Positions 35,583-45,400 of a DNA stretch of 64,000 nt are shown here, piece by piece (the stretch's first letter is position 1; every line of letters begins with the position of its first letter). Source of the stretch: Candidatus Multivoradales bacterium (GTDB taxonomy: Bacteria > Acidobacteriota > Thermoanaerobaculia > Multivoradales > Multivoraceae); NCBI GenBank assembly GCA_965223325.1, contig CBDCWI010000002.1, forward strand, positions 1,920,001 to 1,984,000. Direction: 5' to 3'. Both the position numbers and the translations under genes were made by a program. The notes beneath the pieces are model-generated. The model was not told the DNA's origin and made no database searches. It was given only the letters and a program-made list of their open reading frames with translations.

Positions 35583-38351
35583 CTATTCGTTTCGCAACGC
35601 CCGCATCGGATCGATGCGAGTGGCGCGAAGTGCGGGAACCAGACAGGCGAGGAAAGCGACCAGCAGCAGAATGGGCGGAACCAAAGCGAAACTGATGGGG
35701 TCGACAGCGCTCACATCGTGGAGCAGCCCGACCAGGAGGCGGCCGGCACCGAGTGAGGCGAGGAGTCCTATTGCCACACCGACCGCCGTCGTCCTCATCC
35801 CCGAACCAAGGATCATCTTGAGGATGTCCCGGCGGGTGGCACCCATCGCGATGCGCAGGCCGATCTCTCCGGTCTGGCGGTGCACCGAGTAGGAGAGTAG
35901 TCCGTAGAGTCCAACGACGGCGAGTGCCAGTCCGAGGAGCCCAAAGGCAGAGACCAGGGTGGCGGCAAGGGTGGCGGGAAGAAAGGCACTGCTCCTCAGG
36001 TGGTTCTCGAGAGTTTTGACGTCTAGCAACAGGACTTTGGCATCGAGTGCACGACTGGCGCTCTGAACCTGCGCAGAGAGTTCAATGGGCGGTAGAGCTG
36101 AGTGCGCGACCAGGGTGGCATTGAGTGAGGCACCCAGACCTTGCTCATAAGAAAGGTAGAAGTAGGGAATCGGCTCTTCCGCGACCTGTCTGTACTTGCC
36201 GTTTGCCGCGATACCCACCACTTCGATCCTCTCGCCGCGAGACTCGTCCAATCGGAACGTCAGCCCGATAGGATCTCGCCCCGCCCAGAAGCGCTCCGCC
36301 ATCGTCTGGTTGATCACCGCGACCGGCACGCGACCTTCGATGTCGGTCGTCTCGATACCCCTACCGCGCAGGATGGGCGTACCGAGGGTCGCGAAGTAGT
36401 GACCATCGACCGTGGCGTAGAGCGCTTGAAGCGGCTCGCCGGTGCGGCGGTTGCTCTCGGCTCCATCCACGTAGACCGAGCCGTTCATGGCAAAGGTATC
36501 GAGGGGAATCGGCATCGCCCAGGACGCTGTGTGCACCCCCGGTAAAGACGCGACTCGCTCTCGCAACGCTCGATAGTACTCACGGCTACGCTCGGCGTCG
36601 TAGCCGTTGAGACTCAGATCCACCGAAACCGCCAGCCGATTCTCGGGCTCGAAACCGACGTCAATCGCAACGGTGTTTTGGAGACTACGAGCAAACAGAG
36701 ACGCGGACACGAGGAGTACCAGGCAGGCTGCGACTTCGGCCACCACCAGTACCCGTCGTAGTCCACCACTGCTCGCGCCGCTACTCAGCCCTCGCCCCTC
36801 GGATCGGAGACTTCCGCCCCAGTCCGACTTAGAGATCCGAAGTGCGGGGACCAGCCCGAACAGAACAGCGGTGACGGCGGTCAACAAAACAGCGTAGGCG
36901 ACGATCGACGGATCGAGTGACGGATCGAAGCTGATCGGCAGAGATGTACTGCTCATCGACGCCGCGAGGACGCGCATCGAAGCCACCGCCAGCGCCAGGC
37001 CGGCGGCTCCTCCAAGGGCTGCGAGTACCAGACTCTCGGTCAACAGCTGGCGCACGACTCGTGCGCGGCTCGCGCCCATAGCCAGGCGAATGCCGACCTC
37101 CCGCCGTCGGGTCGCCGCTCGCACCAGAACCAGGTTGGCGACGTTGACGCAGGCGATCAACAGAACCAGAGCCACCGACAGCAGCATGACGAGAGATGCC
37201 AGGCGAAGGATGGGTCCACTGCCCGTTCCCATCCTTGCTTGGGACTCGGGGAGCACCCGGATCGAAATCCCTTCGTTGGCCTCCGGGTATTCCTCTGCAA
37301 GCTGTAGAGCCATTGTCTGGAAGCGGATCTGAGCCTGCTCAATCGAAACCGATGGTGTCAATCGACCCACCGCCCAGATGCTGCGGCGCTTGCGATCCAG
37401 GAGAATTTCCCGACTGACGGGTGAGAGGACTTCTGCTGCCGAGAGTGGCAGCCACAACTCGGCGGTCATGAGGGCATGCGCACCCCGGAAGCCGGGTGGT
37501 GCCACGCCGATGATGGTGAAGGTCTCACCGTTGAGCCTCAACTGACGGCCGACCACGCCCCTGTCGCCGCCGAGCCGACTCTGCCAGAGCGCGTGCCCAA
37601 TGATCACCACCGGCTCTACTGGACCGTCGTCAGCCCGCGAGTCGAAACCCCGGCCGAGCAGCGGCTCGACTCCGAGAGTCTCGAAGTAGTTGGCACTGAC
37701 CACGCTTCCCCATACACGCTGGCCCGCTGCCTCGACTCCGCCACCAGGTTCAGAGTCAGCCTGAAGCTGGACGGACAATGGGAAGTGGAGCGCCATCCTC
37801 CCGACCGACGTCTCCTTCTTGTACTCGAGATAGTCGGGATAGGACACGCCGTCGGCGACGCGCCCGTCTCCGTCCACTGCCGCAAAGACGACGATCTCGC
37901 GAGGATCTTCGAGATTGGGCGGCCTCCACAACAACGAGTAGATGAGACTGAACATCGAACTGTTGATCCCGATGCCGAGAGCTAGAACCAGCACGACCAC
38001 CGTCGTGAAGCCTGGCTTCTTGGCGAGGGTTCGAACGGCGTAGCGTAGATCTTGAAAGAAGCTCCACACGATTTCACCTCCAGAGAGTCGACGGTTGGTC
38101 GGCGGCGACCAGGGTTCGGGTAGTGGCGGCGCCGAAGGAGTCGCGACCCAGCTGTGCTCTATCGCTTCGAGATCGATCAGCTGTCGCACCGCCTTCTGGA
38201 ACGCGACCTCCGCAGAATCGCCTTCATCGACCTTCCGCTCGACCAGGATCCGAAGATGGTCCTCGAGCTCATCGAGATCCTCGTCGGCGAGCTCCGCTCG
38301 TCGCGCCAGACTCTGTCGCCACCATCTGATGTCGTGATCGAGAGCGCTCAT
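35583..38351 (-). CDS. Duplicated MacB/FtsX ABC permease (acidobacterial orphan permease type) with an N-terminal prefix domain
   Basis: ELEDHL prefix, QDLRYAVRTL.KKPGF, LLIACVNVANL, EVGIRLAMGA and EIGLRIAMGA, IDPMRALR. Confidence 0.93.
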   Translation of the reverse strand: MSALDHDIRWWRQSLARRAELADEDLDELEDHLRILVERKVDEGDSAEVAFQKAVRQLIDLEAIEHSWVATPSAPPLPEPWSPPTNRRLSGGEIVWSFFQDLRYAVRTLAKKPGFTTVVVLVLALGIGINSSMFSLIYSLLWRPPNLEDPREIVVFAAVDGDGRVADGVSYPDYLEYKKETSVGRMALHFPLSVQLQADSEPGGGVEAAGQRVWGSVVSANYFETLGVEPLLGRGFDSRADDGPVEPVVIIGHALWQSRLGGDRGVVGRQLRLNGETFTIIGVAPPGFRGAHALMTAELWLPLSAAEVLSPVSREILLDRKRRSIWAVGRLTPSVSIEQAQIRFQTMALQLAEEYPEANEGISIRVLPESQARMGTGSGPILRLASLVMLLSVALVLLIACVNVANLVLVRAATRRREVGIRLAMGASRARVVRQLLTESLVLAALGGAAGLALAVASMRVLAASMSSTSLPISFDPSLDPSIVAYAVLLTAVTAVLFGLVPALRISKSDWGGSLRSEGRGLSSGASSGGLRRVLVVAEVAACLVLLVSASLFARSLQNTVAIDVGFEPENRLAVSVDLSLNGYDAERSREYYRALRERVASLPGVHTASWAMPIPLDTFAMNGSVYVDGAESNRRTGEPLQALYATVDGHYFATLGTPILRGRGIETTDIEGRVPVAVINQTMAERFWAGRDPIGLTFRLDESRGERIEVVGIAANGKYRQVAEEPIPYFYLSYEQGLGASLNATLVAHSALPPIELSAQVQSASRALDAKVLLLDVKTLENHLRSSAFLPATLAATLVSAFGLLGLALAVVGLYGLLSYSVHRQTGEIGLRIAMGATRRDILKMILGSGMRTTAVGVAIGLLASLGAGRLLVGLLHDVSAVDPISFALVPPILLLVAFLACLVPALRATRIDPMRALRNE

Positions 38352-38677
38352 GCCGGGTCCCAGAGCCGCAGTAGCGCCCGGTGAACCGTCATCCACTGCT
38401 CGCGCTCGGTGGCCAGTGCCGCTTGGCCGGCCTCGGTGAGGGTGTAGTACTTCCGCCGACGACCCGTCTCCGGGCGCCGCCACTCGGACTCGATGAGTCC
38501 CTCGTGCTCGAGCCGGTGGAGCACCGGGTAAAGCATGCCGTCACTCCATTCGATGTCGCCGCCGCTGAGGAGCCGCACCCGCTGCAGAATGGCGTAGCCA
38601 TAGCTCTCGCCCTGCGCCAGGATGGAAAGGACCAGCGGTCTCGCCGAGGCCGCCACCATGTCTTTCGAGATCGCCAT
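38348..38677 (-). CDS. PadR family transcriptional regulator
   Basis: SYGYAI, GMLYPVLHRLE, RRKYYTLT..G; GGAGG RBS; ATGA overlap with the permease. Confidence 0.93.
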   Translation of the reverse strand: MAISKDMVAASARPLVLSILAQGESYGYAILQRVRLLSGGDIEWSDGMLYPVLHRLEHEGLIESEWRRPETGRRRKYYTLTEAGQAALATEREQWMTVHRALLRLWDPA

Positions 38678-38742
38678 CTTCCTGCCTCCAGATCCAGAGA
38701 AAGGCCCATCCAAGCGGGCCGGCTCTATAGGTGACACTCCAA

Positions 38743-38763
38743 TACATAGAGGTTCTAGTGTTA
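38743..38763. promoter_or_regulatory. Imperfect palindrome TACATAGAGGTTCTAGTGTTA, candidate PadR operator
   Basis: AT-rich dyad about 65 bp upstream of padR. Confidence 0.4.
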
Positions 38764-39050
38764 GATACGGAAGAGAGCGGCCAGGGTTAACAAAAAGATC
38801 GCGCGGCGATGAGGATCGCTGCCGATCGCCGTCGCGTGCTCCGCGTGCGAGCGCCTGGGAGGGCCCCGAGCGTTTCGGTCTCGCTCGGCCTGGTTCACCG
38901 GCTCAATCGGGTACAGGGGCCAGAGGTACCAAGTCGGGGTGATGCGAGACCTACCGTTCAGTTTCATGATGCCGGTTGGACTCGGAGGTGGGACCGGTGG
39001 ATCCTGCCTTCCCGGGGACCTCTCCGCGCGTCCCCGCTCTCCGCCTGCCG

Positions 39051-40805
39051 CTACCAGCTCGGCGCGACCGGGCGTCTAAGCGCATCGATCAGCGGTCGGT
39101 CGAGCTCGTAGATGTCGGGGCGAAAGTGCACCGCGCCCTCTTCGTCGGGCCAGGCGGTGAAATAGGTCAGGTGCACGGGTACGCGATGTAGCAACCGTGC
39201 CTGGAGCTGATTTCGCGAGGCGACTGCATCGTCGACCAGCCAGCGGTTCCAGAGGGGCGTGCCCTCGAGCAGTTCGTTCGCCAGCTCGAGCGGGCGCTCG
39301 ACGCGAATGCAACCGGAGCTCTTCGCCCGATCGCGCTCATCGAAGAGCGCTTTGGCGGGTGTGTCGTGGAGGTAGATGTCGTAGTTGTTGGGGAACATGA
39401 ACTTCAAGCGCCCTAGTGCACCCTCAGGGCTCGGTTTCTGGCGCAAGCGGTACGGGAAGTTGTCCCGGTCGAGCTCGTGCCAGTCGACGCTTGCTGGATC
39501 GATGCGCTGCTCGTGGTCATCCCACCCTTTGAGGACTTCGAAGCCTCGCCGCTTCAAATGGCCAAGGTCGCGCTTGATCTGCGGCAACTCGTCCTCAATG
39601 GCGAGGTTGTGCGGCACCTCCCAATGGGGGTTGAACACCAGGAAGCTCATCTCGTCGCTGAAAGCATGGGTCGGTCGCCCGGGCCGCCCGACCACGACCT
39701 TCATGTCGAGGATCACGCGGTGGTTCTCGACCAGCTCGAGGCGAAAGAACGGAATCTGCACGTTGATGTGCCGCTTCCCGAGGTCGTGCGGCAACCACCG
39801 GAGACGCTCGAGGCTGAGCTCGATCTGGCGGAGACGATCGCGCGCCGGAATCGCCATCTCACGACGCGTCACCGGCCCAACCTTGCCGTCGACCTCGAGC
39901 CCGTGGCGTTTCTGGAAGCGGCGCACGGCGCCTTCGAGCTCGGCGTCGTACCGCTCTGGGTTCGTGGCTTCGCGCGAGGTGAGGTCGCCGGTGGCACGCA
40001 TCCTCGCCCGCAATACAGAAAGGCGTTCCGAAGGGGCACGTTGCCCCAGCACAAGAACCGGCCCTTCGGGCACCACCTCCCAACCGCCGCCCAGGGCGAG
40101 CGTACGATAACGATCGGCAGCGTCCATCAAGCGACGGTAGGCGGGCGTCAAAGGAGTGAGCGTGTCCCAGACCTCGTCGAAGTTGCCGCCCGCGCTCTGT
40201 TCGACGACGCCAGAAATGTCTCGCTCGTGGCGAAAGTAGCCAAGAGCCGGATCAAACACCCCGGCACGCTGGCGCCCCGAGAGCAGGTGCGCCGCGTAGC
40301 GCAGGAGACCATCGGAGAGCAGCAACTCAAAGGTGGCCGCAGCCTCGACGGACCAGCCGCCCTGGGAAGAGTGGCGACGGTGGCGTTCGAGCAGCAGCAC
40401 CAGGGCTCCGTGATGATACTCGCCGGTAACGAGGCCATGCGCCTGGGCCTCCTCGAGTGCCGCTACGGCCGCTCGAGCCGCTCGGGTGGGCCGGCCCGAG
40501 GTCAGCCAGAGAGCCGCGCCATCGCGACCTGAATAGAGTCGCGAAAGTGCCCTTCGTTGATGGATCGGCTCGACAAAAGAGCCCACCGGGAGCTCACGCA
40601 GGAAGCTGCCCTCGATCTGCCCCAACCGTGAGGTCATTGCAGAGCGCAGGTCGTCTTGGTTGATGCCCTCAGCTCCCGGGGGAGAGGCGATGACGACTGC
40701 GAGAGACAGGGCGACGGTCAGCATCACGGCTACCCTACCGGCTGGTGGCCAGCGGTCCAGTGGTTCGAGGACGCCAGACACGGTCAAGACAATGGGTCGC
40801 GGCAT
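39051..40805 (-). CDS. L,D-transpeptidase (YcbB/LdtD-type) with scaffold and peptidoglycan-binding domains
   Basis: AVRRFQKRHGLEVDGKVG, NPHWEVP, LGRLKFMFPN, IYLHDTP, SSGCIRV. Confidence 0.92.
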   Translation of the reverse strand: MPRPIVLTVSGVLEPLDRWPPAGRVAVMLTVALSLAVVIASPPGAEGINQDDLRSAMTSRLGQIEGSFLRELPVGSFVEPIHQRRALSRLYSGRDGAALWLTSGRPTRAARAAVAALEEAQAHGLVTGEYHHGALVLLLERHRRHSSQGGWSVEAAATFELLLSDGLLRYAAHLLSGRQRAGVFDPALGYFRHERDISGVVEQSAGGNFDEVWDTLTPLTPAYRRLMDAADRYRTLALGGGWEVVPEGPVLVLGQRAPSERLSVLRARMRATGDLTSREATNPERYDAELEGAVRRFQKRHGLEVDGKVGPVTRREMAIPARDRLRQIELSLERLRWLPHDLGKRHINVQIPFFRLELVENHRVILDMKVVVGRPGRPTHAFSDEMSFLVFNPHWEVPHNLAIEDELPQIKRDLGHLKRRGFEVLKGWDDHEQRIDPASVDWHELDRDNFPYRLRQKPSPEGALGRLKFMFPNNYDIYLHDTPAKALFDERDRAKSSGCIRVERPLELANELLEGTPLWNRWLVDDAVASRNQLQARLLHRVPVHLTYFTAWPDEEGAVHFRPDIYELDRPLIDALRRPVAPSW

Positions 40806-40889
40806 TGCCGATCACCAGCAGACGCTCTTCGCTAAGCCTAGCGACGGTGAGGTCGGCCTCGGTGCCCCATCGTTACTCACTCGCCGCTG

Positions 40890-42329
40890 TCACCCTCCGC
40901 TAGTGCAACGGGACTCCGCCGACGCATGCATACGAAGTGACCACCCGCGCAGCAGCAGGCCGAGCCCGATGAGCAGCAAGGGCCCGCCATAGACGATGGC
41001 CACGTAGAGCCAGTCGACCGGGTCTTCTTGGAGTGCGTAGAGTCCCGCACCGAGGTAACCCACTCCCGACACCACCAGCACCAGTACGCCGATCGCCACT
41101 GCCACGGGAGTGGATCGCGCCATTTTGAACGGCGCATCCATTCCGTCGAGTCGTGCGCGAATGTAGGCGAGCGCCACGAAAATGTAGGGCACCACCAGCG
41201 AGAGCGAAGCCAGGTCGTTGAGGAGCGCGATGAACGCCTCGGAACCAGCCAGCCCGGCCAAAACGCTAAGCAGCGGGATCAGGATAAAGAAGACCGTAAC
41301 GGCCGCCTGCATCCACAACGCGTGGTGGAGAGTTCCTTTCTCATCGGAGCGAGTGAGGGGGGCGGGAAAGGTCCCCTCGGGCACATCGGCGAACATCGCA
41401 CGGATCGGGGACTCGATCCAGAGGACGTAAGCCGCGACGCTACCTAGCGTGATGACCACCATCGCCAGTCGGCCGATGGCATCTCCGGGCAGACCGAGGG
41501 TCTCGGCCCAGGGTAGCCACACGTCATACATCCCGGTCGCCTTGGTGACCTCATGCACCGGCATGAGCATTGCGACGGCCACGGTGGCAAGCGTGTAGGC
41601 GGCACCGATGAGAAGGGTGGTCAACAGAATGGCGCGCGGGAAGGTCCGTTGCGGATCGTCCGTGTCGTTGACGTAGGGAGCAGCCACTTCGGCTCCCGCA
41701 ACAGCGAACAGCAACCACGCGAACGTCGAGAAGTAGTCGAGATCGAGCTGCGGCCAGAGCGCTTCGCCGGTGAAGGGTGTCGCCGAACCTCTCCCGGCGA
41801 GCGCGAGAACGAAGGGAACAACCACAAGCACTGCAATCAGGACAAGGGTTGCCTTGCCAAGCCAGTCTCCGAGCACCGAGAACACGCGCACGCCGCGGGT
41901 GGCCAGCCAGGTCAGAAGGAGACAGAGGAACGCCCCGAGAACCGGCAACGCCCAGGTGACGTTCTCGAACACGTCGACGCCACTCACGGCCAGCGAGGCG
42001 CGGATCGGCAACTTGCTGAACGAGGACTGAAGGTAGACGAGGTTGGCCACGAAGTAGGACCACGTCCCCACAAACGCCCACCGGGAGCCCAGGCCACGCT
42101 CCATGAAGCTGTAGATGCCGCCGCGCGCCTGTGTGTTGTCCGAGGCAAACTCGGCGAGAATCAGTGCCAGCGGCAAGAAATAGAGGAAGCCAACCGCAAG
42201 CCAGGAGGGAACTGCGGCGAGACCCAGCTCAGCGAGATTGTCGATGACGTTCGCGAAGCCGAAGGTGGTGACCACGATGAGCATGCTCACCGTGACCATC
42301 GACATCTTCTGGTTGGATGAGTGGCTCAA
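40890..42329 (-). CDS. APC-superfamily amino acid permease
   Basis: About 12 TM helices, GGIYSF, FAVAGAEVAA, APFK; start may be at an internal Met. Confidence 0.88.
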   Translation of the reverse strand: MSHSSNQKMSMVTVSMLIVVTTFGFANVIDNLAELGLAAVPSWLAVGFLYFLPLALILAEFASDNTQARGGIYSFMERGLGSRWAFVGTWSYFVANLVYLQSSFSKLPIRASLAVSGVDVFENVTWALPVLGAFLCLLLTWLATRGVRVFSVLGDWLGKATLVLIAVLVVVPFVLALAGRGSATPFTGEALWPQLDLDYFSTFAWLLFAVAGAEVAAPYVNDTDDPQRTFPRAILLTTLLIGAAYTLATVAVAMLMPVHEVTKATGMYDVWLPWAETLGLPGDAIGRLAMVVITLGSVAAYVLWIESPIRAMFADVPEGTFPAPLTRSDEKGTLHHALWMQAAVTVFFILIPLLSVLAGLAGSEAFIALLNDLASLSLVVPYIFVALAYIRARLDGMDAPFKMARSTPVAVAIGVLVLVVSGVGYLGAGLYALQEDPVDWLYVAIVYGGPLLLIGLGLLLRGWSLRMHASAESRCTSGG

Positions 42330-42421
42330 GATCGCATCTTACTGCGACGTTGGGCGCTCCCCATCGCCCGTCTGACGCCAGGCCCGGTTACCTCTTCGGA
42401 GATCAGCGAGACCCCCGCTGG

Positions 42422-45400
42422 TCAGGGAACCGATCGACCCCAGGCCGTTGTATCGCCGGACTCGAACCCTTCCAGGAATAGATAGGGGGTCAGTCGCACC
42501 TCGTCGATCCAGAGGTCTCCGGCAGCCACCGAGGGCCGCGCTCGGATACTGCAGGCCGCCGAAGTGGCCGACTCTCCGCCCAAGAGGTCAAAGGTCCTCC
42601 GGAAGCGGTACCAGGTTCCCTCGGAATCGTCGGCAGGTTCTATCAGGCTTGCAGTTCTCGACAGCGGAACCAGACAACCCGGCTGCGCGTAGAACTCGCA
42701 GGCCAGGCGAAGCGCCTGCGTATCGACGCTAGTGGCGCCGAGCGACGCCATGAAGCGCTCGCCGGCGTCCTCGGGGAGCTCGACACACGCCTCGATGGCG
42801 TAGTCGGTGGTCGCGTCGGAGGCGATCAAGAAGGACCCCGAGTGCGGGGACTCGGCAATGTCTGGAAACGCGGCGAAGGCGTCTTCGGTATCCGGCGGGT
42901 CGATGGTCCAGCCGGCGCCGCCGCAGTCGAAGTGGCCGTTGGTGATGAGGTTGCGGGAATCGACCCGGAAGTCGACGTGCAGGTCGTCACCCGGGACACC
43001 ATCGCGATTGGCGTCGAGAGCGTTGCCCTGCGGGTCCTCCAGGCCCAGCGAGCCACAAGCAATCAAGCGGTAGAGACCAGGGCCGGAGCCACCGGTTCCC
43101 AGCGACAGCTCAACTCGAGCTTCGTCGAGCATGGTGGCTGACCACACCTCGACAGCAACGTCGTCATCCACGGGCAGTCCACAGGTCGTGGTTGCAAACG
43201 ACTGATCGGGGCCCGCCGACACCACCCTGAAGACACTGGGATCGGCAGTCGACGGTTCGTCCATCGGCTCGTCGAAGTGGATCCTCAAGGCGCCTGGTAG
43301 GGCAGCCATCGAACGGCAGGCGTCAAGAGTCTGATCTGCGAGGCCATTGACCGCATCGAAACGAAGCTCAGTGACCTGAGGTCCGCGTCCATCGACCTCG
43401 ATCAGGATCGTCGAAGCGTTGTCTTCTTCGAGAGTTTCGGCACGCTCCGAGCCCACCCGCGCGGTGCTGGTGATCGAAGGCTCGCTGGCATTGGTCACGA
43501 CGACGATACTCGCGACCGCCATTTCTCCAGAGGCGAGCGTGCCGAGATCGCAATGGACCACGTCACGCGCATGCCAGCAGCTCGTAGAACCGACAAAACT
43601 CAGGCCGCGAGGCACCGGGTAAAGCACCTCCGTGCCCGGTGCATCGAGCGCTCCCTGGTTGGTGACCGCAAAGTTGAGAATCAGCGACTCCGCCACACCC
43701 GCTACATATTGCGACGCTGTATGGCGCAGCCGCAGGTCGGTTGCCTGCGCGACCCGAATCGTCGCCACGTCGTTGGCGGTGACGGGAAGAAAAGAACCCA
43801 GCCAGGCATTGCCCTCGACCCGGGCCTCGAAGGCTCCCTCGACGGGCGGAGCGGTGGTTTCGAACGTCAGCGTGTGGACCGTGCCAGCTGCCAGCCGCGG
43901 CAGCGTGCAGGCCAGCGAACTGCCGCTCAGCTCGCAGGTGAAGGGGCCGCTGTCGAGATGATCGAGGCTGGCCGTTTCGTCGACGGTGAGTGAAAACGAA
44001 ACGTCGTCGAGCTCCACGCTGCCGTAGTTGGCTGCGATCAGTCGGTGCAAAACGGTGTCTCCAGGCGCCACCGGTTCCTGATCCTGGGTCAGTCGAAGAT
44101 CGAAACGTGGCTGATGCAGCCTGCGCAGGTCGAGGGTCTCGCCTGGGAAGAGCAAGTGGGACAGGTTGTCGAGCTGCAATGGGAGCGCCTCTTCATTGGC
44201 GCCGGCGATGAGCGTCCAACCCCGAAGCGTCACCGTTGATCCCGCAAGCAGGGTTACATCGAGCAGGTCGTAGTCGGGCAAGACGAAGACCAGATCCTGG
44301 TCGCCGGCCAGCGACTCGGCTCGCGCACCCAGATCAAGGCAGGTGAGCGTCACGGCATCGGGAACCTCCTCGCTTTCCTCGGTCTCTTCGTCGACCCAGG
44401 TCGACGAATCGATGCCGCTAACCTGCAAGAGATCGTCACACACCGACACGGCCGAGGGCTCAATGGCGGTGCGCCGCGCCTGCTCCGGAGGGGCGGGCGG
44501 GCGTAGGCCTTGCGCGTGCACGACCACACCGTCCTCGAGTGTTGGCCCGTCGACGACCAGCGGTGCGCTGCGATCGTGGGCATCAACCGGCAGAACCCCG
44601 AGGCTCTCGATACGGCCCGTCGTCACGCCACCGTGAGCGACGTCACTGAAATCGACGCCAGCGACACGAGGATCAGGGTCGACCGAGGCGCCCAGTGCGT
44701 CGGCATCCTGGTCGAGGTCGACCATTTCGAACTCGAACTCCATGCGCGCGCTGTTGCCCTCTTTGTCACGGGTCACGCAGCTGACGAAGGTGGAGCCATA
44801 GGGTCGAGGAGTACCGAGCGCGGGAAGACAAAAGGCGTGTCCTAGAACGATCGAGCCCTCTGCGTCGGTGGCAACGAAGACCGTGTCGTGAGACGACTCA
44901 AAGAGCCCGACGGCGTCGCTGAAAAGCGGCAGGGTCTGATTCTCTGAGTCTTCTGCGAAGGCCATCGGGGTGTCGTAGCCGTTGGCGATCACCCCATACG
45001 ACGTCTTGCCCTCGTCAAACGAATCACCGGGACCAGCTAGCAACTGCGGCTCGGTCGTATCCGTTATCGTGACGAGTTGGCGAAGCGAGGCCCGGTTGCC
45101 GAAGCTGTCAGTCGCCGTCCACTCGACCCACGTCGTGCCCACCGGTAGAGCGACTGGAGACACGGACACGGTTACCGGGTTGATGTCCTCAGCGAGCGGT
45201 TCAGGAAGCAGTTCGGTCGGAGTCTGGAGAGCAACTGCCTCGAGGGTCAGCGCCGTCACCGGCGCGAAGACCGGTGGAACCCGGTCGACGACGGTGACAA
45301 CGCGCGAGCACGAGGCAGGGTTGCCGGTACCGTCCGCCGTACTGAAGGTCACCGAAGTGGCACCGTAGGGCAGGGGCTGAGGAGCATCGTGGTCAATGAC

